From: Albugo candida
Lineage: Eukaryota
Length of the DNA: 63,990 nt
NCBI GenBank assembly: GCA_040437565.1
Contig: JBDOQK010000055.1
Span: 124,011 to 188,000 of the forward strand
Reading direction: 5' to 3'
Made by a program: the position numbers and the translations under genes. The notes beneath the pieces were generated by a model that worked only from the letters and a program-made list of their open reading frames with translations, searched no databases and had not been told where the DNA came from. Below, in pieces: positions 51,317 to 63,990 of the stretch. Position 1 is the stretch's first letter. Every line of letters starts with the position of its first letter.

Positions 51317-52008
51317 NNNNNNNNNNNNNNNNNNNNNNNNNNNNNNNNNNNNNNNNNNNNNNNNNNNNNNNNNNNNNNNNNNNNNNNNNNNNNNNNNNNN
51401 NNNNNNNNNNNNNNNNATCGTACGCCATGTAAATATCCATGACCTTTCTCTTCTCTTTCTTTGTACTTCCCCTATACATCGGGGGTAGAGGCATATTCGC
51501 CCCAATGGCCAACGTCTCACGCTCCGAGCGATTGTAGCTAATCTCCTCCATAGACCGCTCATCCTGAACGGAGAAAAGTCCCCAATGTGCTTCACTAGCC
51601 GCACGCGAGAACTCCTCGAGGTAAGATATCTTATTCTGCTGGACCCCCATAGTCTCAGTTTTCTCCTATGATGCCTGGAACTGATGGGCCAGAAACCCTT
51701 TCTGTTGCTTCATTTCCCGCTTCATGGATTGCTGTTTCTCGTTCAGCGACAGCTGGTTCTAAAACTGCTGGGCCGGATACTCTTGCGTCCTTTGCGCTAT
51801 GTACTCCGTCTGCCGCGACTGTTCCTCAGCAGCATCCAGGCCGATTGACTTCTGCAACGGGCTTTTGATTATGACTCGCCTCGTTGGGTTTGCACAATAT
51901 TTTGTATGACGTGCTCTCTACACTTCGCAGAGGTCTTTGTCGTCTTTCGTCACCACTACTGATGAAACTCTTGACTACTAGCACGATACTTGCGGCTAAA
52001 CAATTCTT

Positions 52009-52185
52009 TGTCGAAGTCCGCACTCACAAAGACAGCCTTGCCGCTCTTCTTCACACGGCTCCCGTGTTGTGTATTACCTAGTTTCTTTTTGTTGGGTAAA
52101 AACAATCTACCTATCCCGCGTCCACTCCGTGTTATTTCCGTAAACCGGCTAAGTACTCAGACCCGGATCCGTTCCAGACCCAACA
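52009..52185 (-). repeat. 5' LTR of the Gypsy element
   Basis: Direct repeat of 46250-46427, roughly 85% identical by eye, followed by the GTAAG TSD. Confidence 0.9.
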
Positions 52186-55100
52186 GTAAGTAAGAATCAC
52201 TTATGCAAATAAAAAGAGGTAGACGATTCTTCGAAGAAGGAGGCGATCCAACAAAAGTTTGATAACATGATTGCGATAAATAAAGATTTCGCGACATTTC
52301 TAGATTTGATTGCAGATTGTGTGCTCAGTGTTAGCTGCTTGTCTGCTTCCGCACATAACGATATTATTGTCTAAAAGACCTAGAAGCACTGACGATGCTT
52401 TTATTGATGTCATTTCGTTCTCCTTTACATTCTAGGATCTTCTACGCTCTAGTAACTTACAGACGAAGATTGTAATATGCAAGCATATCCGCTGTACATA
52501 CTTCATGTATAAGAGTACTTCTTTGACATGACGAAAGTATTCGTTTATCACATGTCGGTGTTTCCCCTTTAGCTGTTAGATGCTGGACTGAGCTCGAGAT
52601 GAGTATGTTGAAAACACCGCTAACAAAAGTACGAGCAAATAAGATTTGAAACAAGTTTTCATTGCTTGTACAGTAAATGGAAGTTGGTATTGATGACTGA
52701 GTTATTTCTTTTTCAAAAGGCAGGCACCTTCATTGCAATCAGGGCGCTAACATCAACATTATGTGTTCGATTCGTTTTGTTCTGATGAACTGCAACACTT
52801 TGCTTCGTTCAGACCTTTTATATCTTCCACATCAAATCAGCAAAGGTGGATAGCACATTGAAGCTTGTCTATCATACTAGAACTCGACTGATTGACTTTG
52901 TTGAATGTTCGCCAGCCTAAAGACAAGAATGTAGGAAAAAGTGTAACAAAACTTGTTCAGAGATGGCTAGTGGCTCTGCTGAACATCCTTCTTTAAGTAC
53001 ATAAAACTGGTTCCTCCCTTTTACAAAAAAGGCGCTTTCGGCTGCATCTGTCGGTTGCCTTACTTCTTGCAAGAAAAGTCGAATGTGAAAAAAAGCACGA
53101 CATATTTCTTTCTCTGCTTAGTCTTCCCGCCAATTGCAAGCAGACACAGTTTTTCGCGATCGTAGCACTTCCGTGAAACGAACCCGATCGTGCGCACTTG
53201 ATATAAATCAAACTCGGTGCTGAATTTTTTGTAGTCGCCAAAGTCGCTGTTCAGTCAATTGACGATTACATCGATCTANNNNNNNNNNNNNNNNNNNNNN
53301 NNNNNNNNNNNNNNNNNNNNNNNNNNNNNNNNNNNNNNNNNNNNNNNNNNNNNNNNNNNNNNNNNNNNNNNNNNNNNNGACTGAGTTATTTCTTTTTCAA
53401 AAGGCAGGCACCTTCATTGCAATCAGGGCGCTAACATCAACATTATGTGTTCGATTCGTTTTGTTCTGATGAACTGCAACACTTTGCTTCGTTCAGACCT
53501 TTTATATCTTCCACATCAAATCAGCAAAGGTGGATAGCACATTGAAGCTTGTCTATCATACTAGAACTCGACTGATTGACTTTGTTGAATGTTCGCCAGC
53601 CTAAAGACAAGAATGTAGGAAAAAGTGTAACAAAACTTGTTCAGAGATGGCTAGTGGCTCTGCTGAACATCCTTCTTTAAGTACATAAAACTGGTTCCTC
53701 CCTTTTACAAAAAAGGCGCTTTCGGCTGCATCTGTCGGTTGCCTTACTTCTTGCAAGAAAAGTCGAATGTGAAAAAAAGCACGACATATTTCTTTCTCTG
53801 CTTAGTCTTCCCGCCAATTGCAAGCAGACACAGTTTTTCGCGATCGTAGCACTTCCGTGAAACGAACCCGATCGTGCGCACTTGATATAAATCAAACTCG
53901 GTGCTGAATTTTTTGTAGTCGCCAAAGTCGCTGTTCAGTCAATTGACGATTACATCGATCTAAGTGAAGTACATCGTCACAGTGCAAGACATTATCCCCT
54001 TTCACTACTTCCTTTTCAAAAACAATAGTGCATTTACTAATCATTCAGGTGGTTGGAAAAACGCTCCAGTCTTTACTGTACCGTGCGTTCACCTAAAAAG
54101 GGAGATTTGATTCGACTGCCTTAGACTAGAGCTGATGTGCACAGGATGCTGTCGGACTGTATATTTTGTAAGAATCGTGATCGTGATCGCATTAAAAGCA
54201 AATGGAATGCTGAACGATATATACTTTTTGAAAAGGATGGCTAGGAAAGCCGTACTGTATTGAAGTCATAAATAGACAGCGACCTCTAACTATCATATTC
54301 TCCAAAGGAATTTGATCGAAAGCCGATGGATCACAAACGATAGGTGCATATTTTNNNNNNNNNNNNNNNNNNNNNNNNNNNNNNNNNNNNNNNNNNNNNN
54401 NNNNNNNNNNNNNNNNNNNNNNNNNNNNNNNNNNNNNNNNNNNNNNNNNNNNNNACTATCATATTCTCCAAAGGAATTTGATCGAAAGCCGATGGATCAC
54501 AAACGATAGGTGCATATTTTCTGTATCATTTCGTGCTTTCACACCATTTTGTCGATATTACTGATCGTGAAAACACATGTAAGATCGCTCAAATATGCAC
54601 CTGTCATCTAAGGTGATTGAAGAATATATTAGTACATCCAGACTGCTTTAAGTGATTAGCTGGCACGATAGTGCCTGCGAGTAAAGCACTTAGCCTCCTA
54701 AGATCGTGAGCTTGATGGACTCTCACGAAGTGATGACAAATTTGGCATGTGCCAATGCACATCTACCTAGTATAGAAAGATATGGAGGTGTAATCAAATC
54801 ATCTCATTTTTGTTTTCCGCACTGTGCGTTATTCGCTGATATCGGCTATCATGTGTGTTACCAATTCAAACGTCCCTTACATTCGCGTGAATATCGTTGC
54901 AGACTTCTTTCTTACTGCACTTTTACAGAGAAGCACAAATTTCATTGCTTTTGTTTTGCGGATTTCAAACAAGCCTAAATGCTGCTGTTTGACGATGTTC
55001 AGATACGTTATTCAGAATAATGCAGGTGTATGATATGGGCATGCTTGATCATAAAAGTAATAGAGCTTGCTATCGCTGACGCACTGAACCGACGCCTATG

Positions 55101-58100
55101 GGAGGATGATTTTTTTAGAAGCTAAGCAAGGACTCAGAAATTTGTAACTGCAAGTACGAACAAGTGCTGTTTTTGCTTTTTGTACAGAATGATTATTTAT
55201 ACAAATTTCGATCTTGTTCAAGAGTACGTTTGCACGTTTACTTCGATCACAGAAATACTACTTTGTAACATTGCAGTCATTGTTTACCCATTATCGGTGA
55301 CGTAACAATATCATGCAGAGATCAACTCTGACAGATAGGTGGCAGGGGTATACTCTGTGCAATTAAACGTTATCAATCGTCGCTTACTTCACTACAATCA
55401 GATTTACTCATTCAACGCATTGGATTTTCAAGTCCAACTTTGTCGCACTAGCCTGGTTCTGCAGGCCAAAAGCGTCTACCAGTCTACCGAAATGAATCAA
55501 AAAAATTGTCAAACCGTGCACTAATCGTCACTTTACGGTTTTGAGCTCCTAATCATAATCAACTTGGTTGATTCATCAATTTAGCCTGTAAATCCTCGCC
55601 ATTTTTCGAGCGGCATTGTGTGAAAGAGATGCAGCGCGTTTTACGGATAAAAAAGTCAACGAGTAAATGAAGAGAGTATTTTATGCCCTATTAGTAATGT
55701 GAAGGTTCCGTGCAAATATTAACGTAACTTAGTCAGTGTACTGCTCTGATTTTTTGTGTTCATTATGTCTATGATTGATCCACTCTCATTTTCAGACAAC
55801 GCTCACTTATGCGGTCGTATGAATGGACATCGCATAGAGATCGACTAGCGCTTGAGATTCAGGAAAAACCGCTTTAACCATTTTCGAATTAAAAATAAAA
55901 TTCCGTGGTAGACGAAAGCTGTCTACGGCGTCAAATATCTTTACCTCACAACTGACCAATGGCGCACGAAAAAGGAATTGGTATCAAAACTATTATGAGT
56001 TATTCCAGATTCTGATATTCGGTTAGCTAATCGAGCTGCCTGTTTCTAATTGGAGAATTCGGTCAAGTATTTGGGCATTTGCATCAGCCAGACACCTACT
56101 CGTTCATCTATATATCAAGTCTCGACAAGCGTTTTTAAATTGGGTTTGGTGTGCGGTTTCGACGTGCCAGTAATGCGAGGACGACTATTCAGTACGCAGA
56201 TGATAATTTTGTCACCTCTATCGGATCGTAGTATACACATGGACATATCAGTAGAGAGTATTTGACAGCGGTAATTAGTGCAAAATCAATTTGTGCTTTT
56301 TCGAATACACAAACATGATTCAAAACGCATATACTTGATCGGCAAAACGTTATGTACCTTTGTCGACACGATGGTGAACTATAAATCCCTTCTTTGGTGA
56401 GCCGAACCAAGCTACGACACATCCATTATATGCAGGTGTTGGAAGACGGTGCCTCGATTCTTCCTTCGCAGTAGTGATGTGCTTCGACGGAAATAACTTA
56501 GCTTCTACAACTTCCCTTTGGAGCACATACACCAACCAACATTTTCGCTATCGCAACAATCGCTATGGGGATGAAGATATAATGAAAGATAACGTCTTTT
56601 TTTTTAATTGAAAGCAGCATTCAAAATGTGGCATCAGATAGAATGTTGCATTATCATTTCAGATATGGACTTACTCCAAGGATTATCATATCACATGAAA
56701 CTATCGATGTGGTCCACTGCGTTTTACAGCTGCTTTCCGTAAAGCAAGTACACAAAATCTTTACTAAAAGCTTGAGATGATGGAAGAACAACGTCGGACA
56801 TTGGAAACGTTTGCTCCATTCTTCGACATACGACATATCCAAACTTCTTCATCGATGGTCACGCATGAACTACGAGAAAAGTGCTGAAAAAACGCGACTG
56901 GTGAGGTTACACAAAGATCATAAGGTCAAAATATATTGAGTTTCTCATTTACTTGATGCTGAACTAGTCCTAGTAACTAACAAAAAGCATGCATCGACGA
57001 ATGTTACATGACGGAGATCCCAATACATAAGATATAGCTCGAGAAAAGTTGTTAAGTCGACCTCATTACGAAGTCACACAGCTACAGCAGCGTATCAACT
57101 CGACGGCTGACTCAGCACTTTGATCCAACCAAACACAGGTGCAAGGCCGTCTCATGCGAAAGCACAATGTAAGGATAATAAAAAAAAATATGTTCGAGCT
57201 ATACCATGCCCAAGCTCTCTCGGATAAATCTCCCGAAGCAGAGTCAGCCAATTTTTGACGCATTGGGCATTGCGGGGGTGGAAATCGGACACATACGGAA
57301 CGGTTTTGAATGTTCTCAACTACAACACGGCGTCTTTGTAGTGCTGTCTTACCGATTCAAAAAACATTTGAGTTTTTCTGTACTTTCAGATGCTGTAACT
57401 TCGGGCTTGGTTCTAATTTTGGAACCATACTAAGCACGACATCATATTATGCACTGCCTTCTCGTGGAGCAGCGGAATTGGATCAAATCTCCTTGTCGAG
57501 TTTGATTAGATCTTACCATTACGTCAGGAGCTACTCCCTACNNNNNNNNNNNNNNNNNNNNNNNNNNNNNNNNNNNNNNNNNNNNNNNNNNNNNNNNNNN
57601 NNNNNNNNNNNNNNNNNNNNNNNNNNNNNNNNNNNNNNNNNATACGGAACGGTTTTGAATGTTCTCAACTACAACACGGCGTCTTTGTAGTGCTGTCTTA
57701 CCGATTCAAAAAACATTTGAGTTTTTCTGTACTTTCAGATGCTGTAACTTCGGGCTTGGTTCTAATTTTGGAACCATACTAAGCACGACATCATATTATG
57801 CACTGCCTTCTCGTGGAGCAGCGGAATTGGATCAAATCTCCTTGTCGAGTTTGATTAGATCTTACCATTACGTCAGGAGCTACTCCCTACTTGGGACCGG
57901 TTCTTTCCACGTTGATGCACATTGCGTGTGCACTTGTGCTGACAATACGCAGAGAATGGGAGAACTGTCAGCGAATCATATATCTAACCCATGGATCAAA
58001 ATTGGAAGTTGTTGGATCACCGATTTGTAACTCCGACAATTCCAGCGCTTCCCGGGATTACACCACATTGGATGCGCACGTTCGATATTTCCGAAGAAGT

Positions 58101-58620
58101 GTTACTACATTCAAAACAAGCAAATTCAGCTAGCATAGGTGCTAGATCAGCAAATAATGAAGTGACCATTCGATAGATTTCAGAAGTCAGAGTTCATTGC
58201 TGCGAGCACCGCACAGAGAAGTAGGAACGCGTGCCACTTCTATGCTAATCCTGGACACGTCTTGGCAAGCACGGTACTTCTCGAAACATATTACAAGCTC
58301 GCAAAGGTATTATCATGCAACTTTTTTGTATGTATGATTATTGAGAATAGCAGAGGCATCAACGAAGTCAGTCAGTCGAAAACTAGATGTATAGAACCTA
58401 AATCTGAGATCGTTTTGGCAGAAGAGGCTGCTATTATTTGAAGGAGTTTTTTTAGAATACCTCGTCCTGCTGGTACTTGTCATGTTTTTTTCCAAGGATT
58501 TCATTACGCTGTTTATCTGGTTCTTTAACTATTTTGCTTATCCTATCATGAGCCCCTGACCGTGTGAATATCACTTAAGTCTGACTTCAAACCTAGGGAG
58601 GCAGATATTTTTAAGCTTAT

Positions 58621-58730
58621 TGCTTGGGTGGGCTCAAACCGCTGCCCACACTGCCGGGGATCGGACTAACGACCTCCGGCAGGGGGTCCGTGCGCTCATA
58701 TGCTTAACCGACTGAGCTGGGTACGGACTT
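58621..58730 (-). ncRNA. tRNA-derived structured element (SINE head or tRNA pseudogene)
   Basis: GC-rich island. The minus strand carries A-box-like AGCTCAGTCGGT, then AGGTCGTTAGTCCGATCC (variable/T-arm-like) and GGTTTGAGCCC. It forms three adjacent hairpins. Confidence 0.5.
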
Positions 58731-60015
58731 TGCTGATACTTGTCATATTGTAGAACAGAGCCCGGCATCTGATGAAGTCGATTAGTATGATTCTAGTAAT
58801 AGAGACCCTTTGACTGATACTTGTCGATAATCTGCCCAAACATGAGCTTTAGGATCCTCACTCTCTGATTTCTTGATGCGCTTTCTAATCTAAGCCTTAT
58901 TCCAACTATCTTTAAGTACTGTTACCGGCATTACTTGCAGCCGCAAAGTTTGAATATCAGCAGGTTCGATCGCACTTACTTTAGGCGGAGAAATCATCAT
59001 AAGACTTGCAGCACAAAATGAGGATTTGATGCATCCGTTTCGATCAATTGTGGCTTTTCCGTTGGCTATAACACTTTACCAACAAATGTGCCATCAAATG
59101 TCACACATCTCGATTCAAATCTGTAACTGGATGAATTTGACCCGAAGCTAAGAAAGCTTTGTTCAGTCGATAAGTCGAGCAGTGAGAAGGAGCTTAACGA
59201 CTTTTTGATACGATCCAACTAGAGACTGAATAGAAACTACATGATGACTGCTGGAAGAATCGCACGCTATACCTCAGACTTGAAAATTACCCACGCATAA
59301 ATTCTCCTTTTTATTAAATGAAAAATTAATCTATCATGCAGTATTCAAGTTGAGAAGGCCCCATCAAATAATCAGTATACGCATTATGTACAACGAAAGT
59401 CTGGACTTCCTCCTACGCGATTACACGCTATGAAATACATGTAAGCTGAAAGCAAGATGCTTAACGTAGAAAAATACAGAAAAATCCATTGCTATCATGA
59501 GGCTTGTCAGGGTATGAGTGCAATTCAGATCATTCTACATCATGAATGTTTTCTTTAAACACGTATTCCTCTTTCATACTTTATGAAGGACAGTGAGACG
59601 TATCACATCATGCGTGCAAGATTTGGGGACATGCTCCAGCAAGAAGTTGAAGTTCGACCTAACTCAGAGCACCAAACGTGGCGAATTCAAGCAGTCTTAA
59701 GTTATTCTATGAAGAAAATGCGCTTTATTTCACATACAAAAACTCAGAGCTCATCGGTTGATGGGAGGAAGCCTCGGGAGATTGTAATTGCATAATGTTT
59801 TTGTATAAAACCATGCATCTTCAATTCAGGTTCTACTTGAGCATTGTATCCAGGTGTAATCGTGATAAGCGGAATTAGTCGAGAGTATTCGATAGAGCAT
59901 GATCGCTAACCTATCAGTAAAAGTGGTTGCTGAATTACATGGAACAAGACTTGAGCGTCCGTTAAATTTTAGTCGCGTGTGCCTGGTCCCCGTCTCTCTT
60001 TTGAGTATATACAGC

Positions 60016-60164
60016 TAAGGCTACAGATGGATCCGCTGGATCCGGATCTGGATCTGGATTTGAGAGTTGGATCCATTTGCCAGATCGATATGGATTTGGA
60101 GCTGGAGCTGAGAGTTGGGTCCAGTTGCTGAATGAATCACGAGCTAGATCCATCTGCAGCCCTA
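60016..60164. mobile_element. 149-bp hAT-like MITE
   Basis: TIRs TAAGGCTACAGATGGATC / GATCCATCTGCAGCCCTA, an 8-bp TSD TATACAGC/TATGCAGC (one mismatch), and internal GGATCT/GGAGCT repeats. Confidence 0.8.
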
Positions 60165-60464
60165 TATGCAGCTACTATCGGCACATTCAGTTTCTGCTTT
60201 CATTCCCCTAATTAGTGAACAATCTCGTTATTCTATAGGGGCGTGCATCTTTCGTCATTGAAGAAGGTATTGATTCACTTACTCTCTATGCAGGCATTTG
60301 GTAAAATAAGCTTATCAAATATCAGAGTTTATGGTACGGACTTGACCGTCATGAAGCGTATCTTCTTGATTTCCAAACTCCGCTCTATTTATTTGGCCAT
60401 ATGCATTTTTGCCGTGATGCTTCTTGAGCATAAAAGAAGACTGACGGATATCTTAAAACTGCAG

Positions 60465-60505
60465 GAGAAAATGCTGTGACTGCTGCAGTATACCTAAGAA
60501 ATGAT
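60465..60505 (+). pseudogene. Possible Copia integrase scrap
   Basis: Translates ENAVTAAVYLRN, similar to the Copia WAEAVxTAxYLRN motif. Very short. Confidence 0.25.
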
Positions 60506-63151
60506 TGGTGCATCACTCGTCGTAATAAAAAACATTGAGAGCAGAATTTTCTTCTTACGTGATTGGTATACTTTCAAGTAATGCATTCACAGATGAAATA
60601 CATGTATATAATCGCTGCCTGCATGTTGCCAACACATATGCAGCAATATGCATACAGTGATATTTCGTGATCATTCTACCCCTTTCATCTGATGCATTGG
60701 ATTTCGCAGAAGCTCTTTTATAGTTAACTATCGTACTGAAGTGCTCTTATTATACTCAACTCAAGTACTTGAAGCAGTCTCCTTCTTTCGTCTAGCGCGA
60801 AAAAAATACACCTTTTATCAAGTTCCACGTCTTGTACATATGGCAGGCATTAGTCATACTTGCAAGCAAAGCATTTCATTAAAGGAATTTCGGGTATTTT
60901 CTCGTCAGCAGCTTCGAACTAAATGTGCAGTCTTTTCCGCTCAAATTGATGAAAAATTGCCTTGAATAATTATGGACTATGGATTTTTTCCTCGCAGCTT
61001 CTCTATCATTCCTTTAGTACCCGATTCTTACAATTCTTATTCATGCGTTGAAAGCAATTTCTTTAAATTGTTGATGGGACAAGGCTGAGTTCGTTCGCTA
61101 TCTCGACAACCATTCTGCCAGTTTGTGTAAATTTGCGTACCTTGTCTGAAAATGCCAATCACTCATCACTAAATACACATTCGTCCTTGTCTTGGCCCCG
61201 GTCTTTACTACTTCCTTTATGCCACGCAGAAAGAAATCAGTTGCAAGGTCGCCAATTCGAGCTTGTCTTCATGTTTTTGAGCTAGAAATGTTTTAGACTA
61301 TAGTGTTGTGCTTAGACGTCATGTTTGTGAAAGACAAAGCTTAATGTCTGACACACAATCTCTGTTCTTTCAACCGCAAACACCTGGTCCAGTTATGATC
61401 ACGTGTGCTTCTACTTGATCAAAACTCAAGCTTCTCTCTGTACAGCACTAAGCCCTCAAACTAAGGCACTCTTCAATCTAAGTTTGATATATATATATAC
61501 GTGGACATGTGCACACGTTTAAACCACATAATAGTGTAACGAATCTCTTCGGCGCTGAAGCCTAGACATGAGTCTCGCTACAGCATTCTACAAGCTTTGT
61601 TTCAAATACTCTCGCAGTTTTGGGCTGCTCATGAATACTACTACAATGGTGCTCAAGGTAATTCTTCAGTTGATCTGTGTGATTAGCTGTCATGCCCTCC
61701 CTGGTGCTATTTGAAAAAAAATATTTTAAGAAAAAAATTACAGTTAATTCTAATTTTTTTTAATGATTTATTGGTTGTATTGCTTGCACATAGACGGATG
61801 GGACGTGCAGTATTTCTCAGAGATTGGTAATATGGCATTTTCAAATATTCAGACACTGTGGAGTACGTCAGCATATTATATCTGACAAAATGTTTCAGTG
61901 ACGCTTGCCAGAATGAGATACCACTAAATCCGTTATCACGTACACATAAGGTAATCTTGGTAAACCTGAGCGAGTCGTTCCAAAAGCTGAAAGTTCAGCT
62001 CCTTTTCGATACCCATCTTATTTTACAAGCACTGCCAGGATATGTCGAGCTACGAACTCTTTTTTATCGCAATGTGGTTATAACATTGAGCACCACAAGC
62101 TCTTTAAATCTTCAGATAATTTGATTAATAAGCGCACATGATTACCACGTACTTTTCATGCGCGTTACTTTCGAATCACAAGTAACAACTGTGGCGCGTA
62201 ATGCGAAATAAATAGCGAGCAAGTGCCGTGGGAAACTTATAGAGGAGAAAGCCAAGCATTATATGCGACTACTGCACGAGATGCATAACGGTTTCGGTGC
62301 AGTCGTTGAACGTAGACCGCAAAAATCTCTTCCAGTCTTACTGCCAGGAACAAGCGCTTCCTAAAACTACCGATCTGCGTTGTCGAATTAGCTTGCCTAT
62401 AGTCACATTTTAATTAGAGGCTACTGAATTGACGACGTGACGAATCATGATTTTGTAAGAATTGCTACACAGTTCACAATCTTTTCAATGCGATCATGTA
62501 CTTCTTTTGTCACGAGTTCACTTATAAATCGTCTTGACTACTTTGCTGAGACCCTTCTCCGTTGCACGTGGTGGAATCCCTAATATAAGGTCACTCACCT
62601 ATTTATAATTCGGAGAGCATTCATTATCCCTCATGCGAATTGCTACTGCTCTGACGCTGCCCGGTCTGATGTTATCGAGTCCTTATTCAGACCAGGTAAA
62701 ACATCTGCTAGAAAACTCAAAGTACAATTTTTATGAGAGGATGGTAATATCCTTCTGTCCGTGTCTTGGAGAAGATGTCCAAGCTACATTACCGCTGTGT
62801 CTACCAGTTACCACTAAGGATGCAGGCAAAAAAGAGGTGNNNNNNNNNNNNNNNNNNNNNNNNNNNNNNNNNNNNNNNNNNNNNNNNNNNNNNNNNNNNN
62901 NNNNNNNNNNNNNNNNNNNNNNNNNNNNNNNNNNNNNNNCTACTGAATTGACGACGTGACGAATCATGATTTTGTAAGAATTGCTACACAGTTCACAATC
63001 TTTTCAATGCGATCATGTACTTCTTTTGTCACGAGTTCACTTATAAATCGTCTTGACTACTTTGCTGAGACCCTTCTCCGTTGCACGTGGTGGAATCCCT
63101 AATATAAGGTCACTCACCTATTTATAATTCGGAGAGCATTCATTATCCCTC

Positions 63152-63990
63152 ATGCGAATTGCTACTGCTCTGACGCTGCCCGGTCTGATGTTATCGAGTC
63201 CTTATTCAGACCAGGTAAAACATCTGCTAGAAAACTCAAAGTACAATTTTTATGAGAGGATGGTAATATCCTTCTGTCCGTGTCTTGGAGAAGATGTCCA
63301 AGCTACATTACCGCTGTGTCTACCAGTTACCACTAAGGATGCAGGCAAAAAAGAGGTGTTTGCCTTTTCTCCAGCGGACAATAAAAAGTGGCGACATTAT
63401 GACTGGGATCAGGTGATTTCCGTCTATGCATTCTGCTGAGGGAAATGCAGACTTTCAATTGTGTATGCAGGTAACCACAATCGCCTGGAAGGAAGACAAA
63501 GAACTTTTGTGCCATGCGCATAAGAAAGGAGTCAAAATTGTTGTTCATTCAGATTTTGAACACTTTGACGACATTTGCATCGAAGGCGCGCGACGAAAGT
63601 GGATTATGGTACGACTCCATTCATGATCGAAAATTGATTGCTAAAGATAGAAGTGGTAGAAAGCATATAAGAAGATTGTGACCAATTACGCAGACGGCTT
63701 GAACTTTGATATCGAGAAACCGAGTTTTGGCAAACAATCTCATTGTTATGCCTTACTGTTGCAAGAACTCCGCGCTGTCTTACAAACGAAAGAGTTTACA
63801 AAACATGCACAAGTAAGGAGCGGTTGTCTCTCCTGTTAGTAGAAAGCTAACAATTGCCGTATAGATCAGCGTCGATGTTCCATGGTCCCCACACGGAATC
63901 GACGATCGCTACTACGAGTGGAACGCACTGGCTGATGCAGCAGATTTTCTCTTTGTGATGTCGGTAAGGCCTTGACAAGGAGACAATACG
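63152..63990 (+). CDS. CTBS: Di-N-acetylchitobiase (GH18), 3' end outside the window. The 62633 copy is an assembly overlap
   Basis: CPC...LCLP, EVFAF, WRHYDWDQVTTIA, LLCHAH, catalytic ADGLNFDIE, VDVPWSP and ADFLFVM across GT-AG introns. Confidence 0.88.

Larger units (their letters stand above)
46250..52185 (-). mobile_element. Degenerate Ty3/Gypsy LTR retrotransposon with chromodomain
   Basis: LTRs 46250-46427 and 52009-52185 (TG..CA), GTAAG TSD, and PPT GGAGGAAG. Fragments in order gag (PPMYRGSTKKEKR), protease-like (PDGGAE), RT (WLDD), RNase H (TDHRKL, NIWADILS), integrase and chromodomain (WLGLDESENNW). Confidence 0.92.

Noticed and set aside
58765..58800. CTGATGA as a possible hammerhead ribozyme core (also near 51959 and 52782)
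   Set aside because: No stem II followed by GAAA and no compatible stem I/III pairing.

Overview
Eukaryotic, intron-containing draft scaffold, most likely from an oomycete. An Albugo-like white rust is inferred from ~45-60 nt GT-AG introns, tiny intergenic gaps and the gene families, but is not proven. About 3.5-39.6 kb is gene-dense: 2H phosphoesterase, a prominin/tweety-like membrane protein, PPOX, a FAM92-like BAR protein, a membrane-anchored expansin, FUN14, Hsp33, VPS4, a giant IQ/WW/B-box protein, Arp1, a spinster-like MFS transporter, ArgA-type NAGS, Arp10/11, SNRNP25 and a histone-fold protein. A probable decayed KDZ transposase sits at about 14.4-16.6 kb. About 39.7-63 kb is gene-sparse: a MITE with reiterated ends, a MULE with TIRs and TSD, a chromodomain Gypsy element with LTRs, TSD and nested insertions, a tRNA-derived triple-hairpin element and a hAT-like MITE. 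The window ends in a GH18 di-N-acetylchitobiase. Sixteen 100-N gaps are present and most have duplicated flanks, which are assembly overlaps rather than real duplications. There is no CRISPR array or prokaryotic system. All family calls come from recognising motifs by eye, with no database searches.
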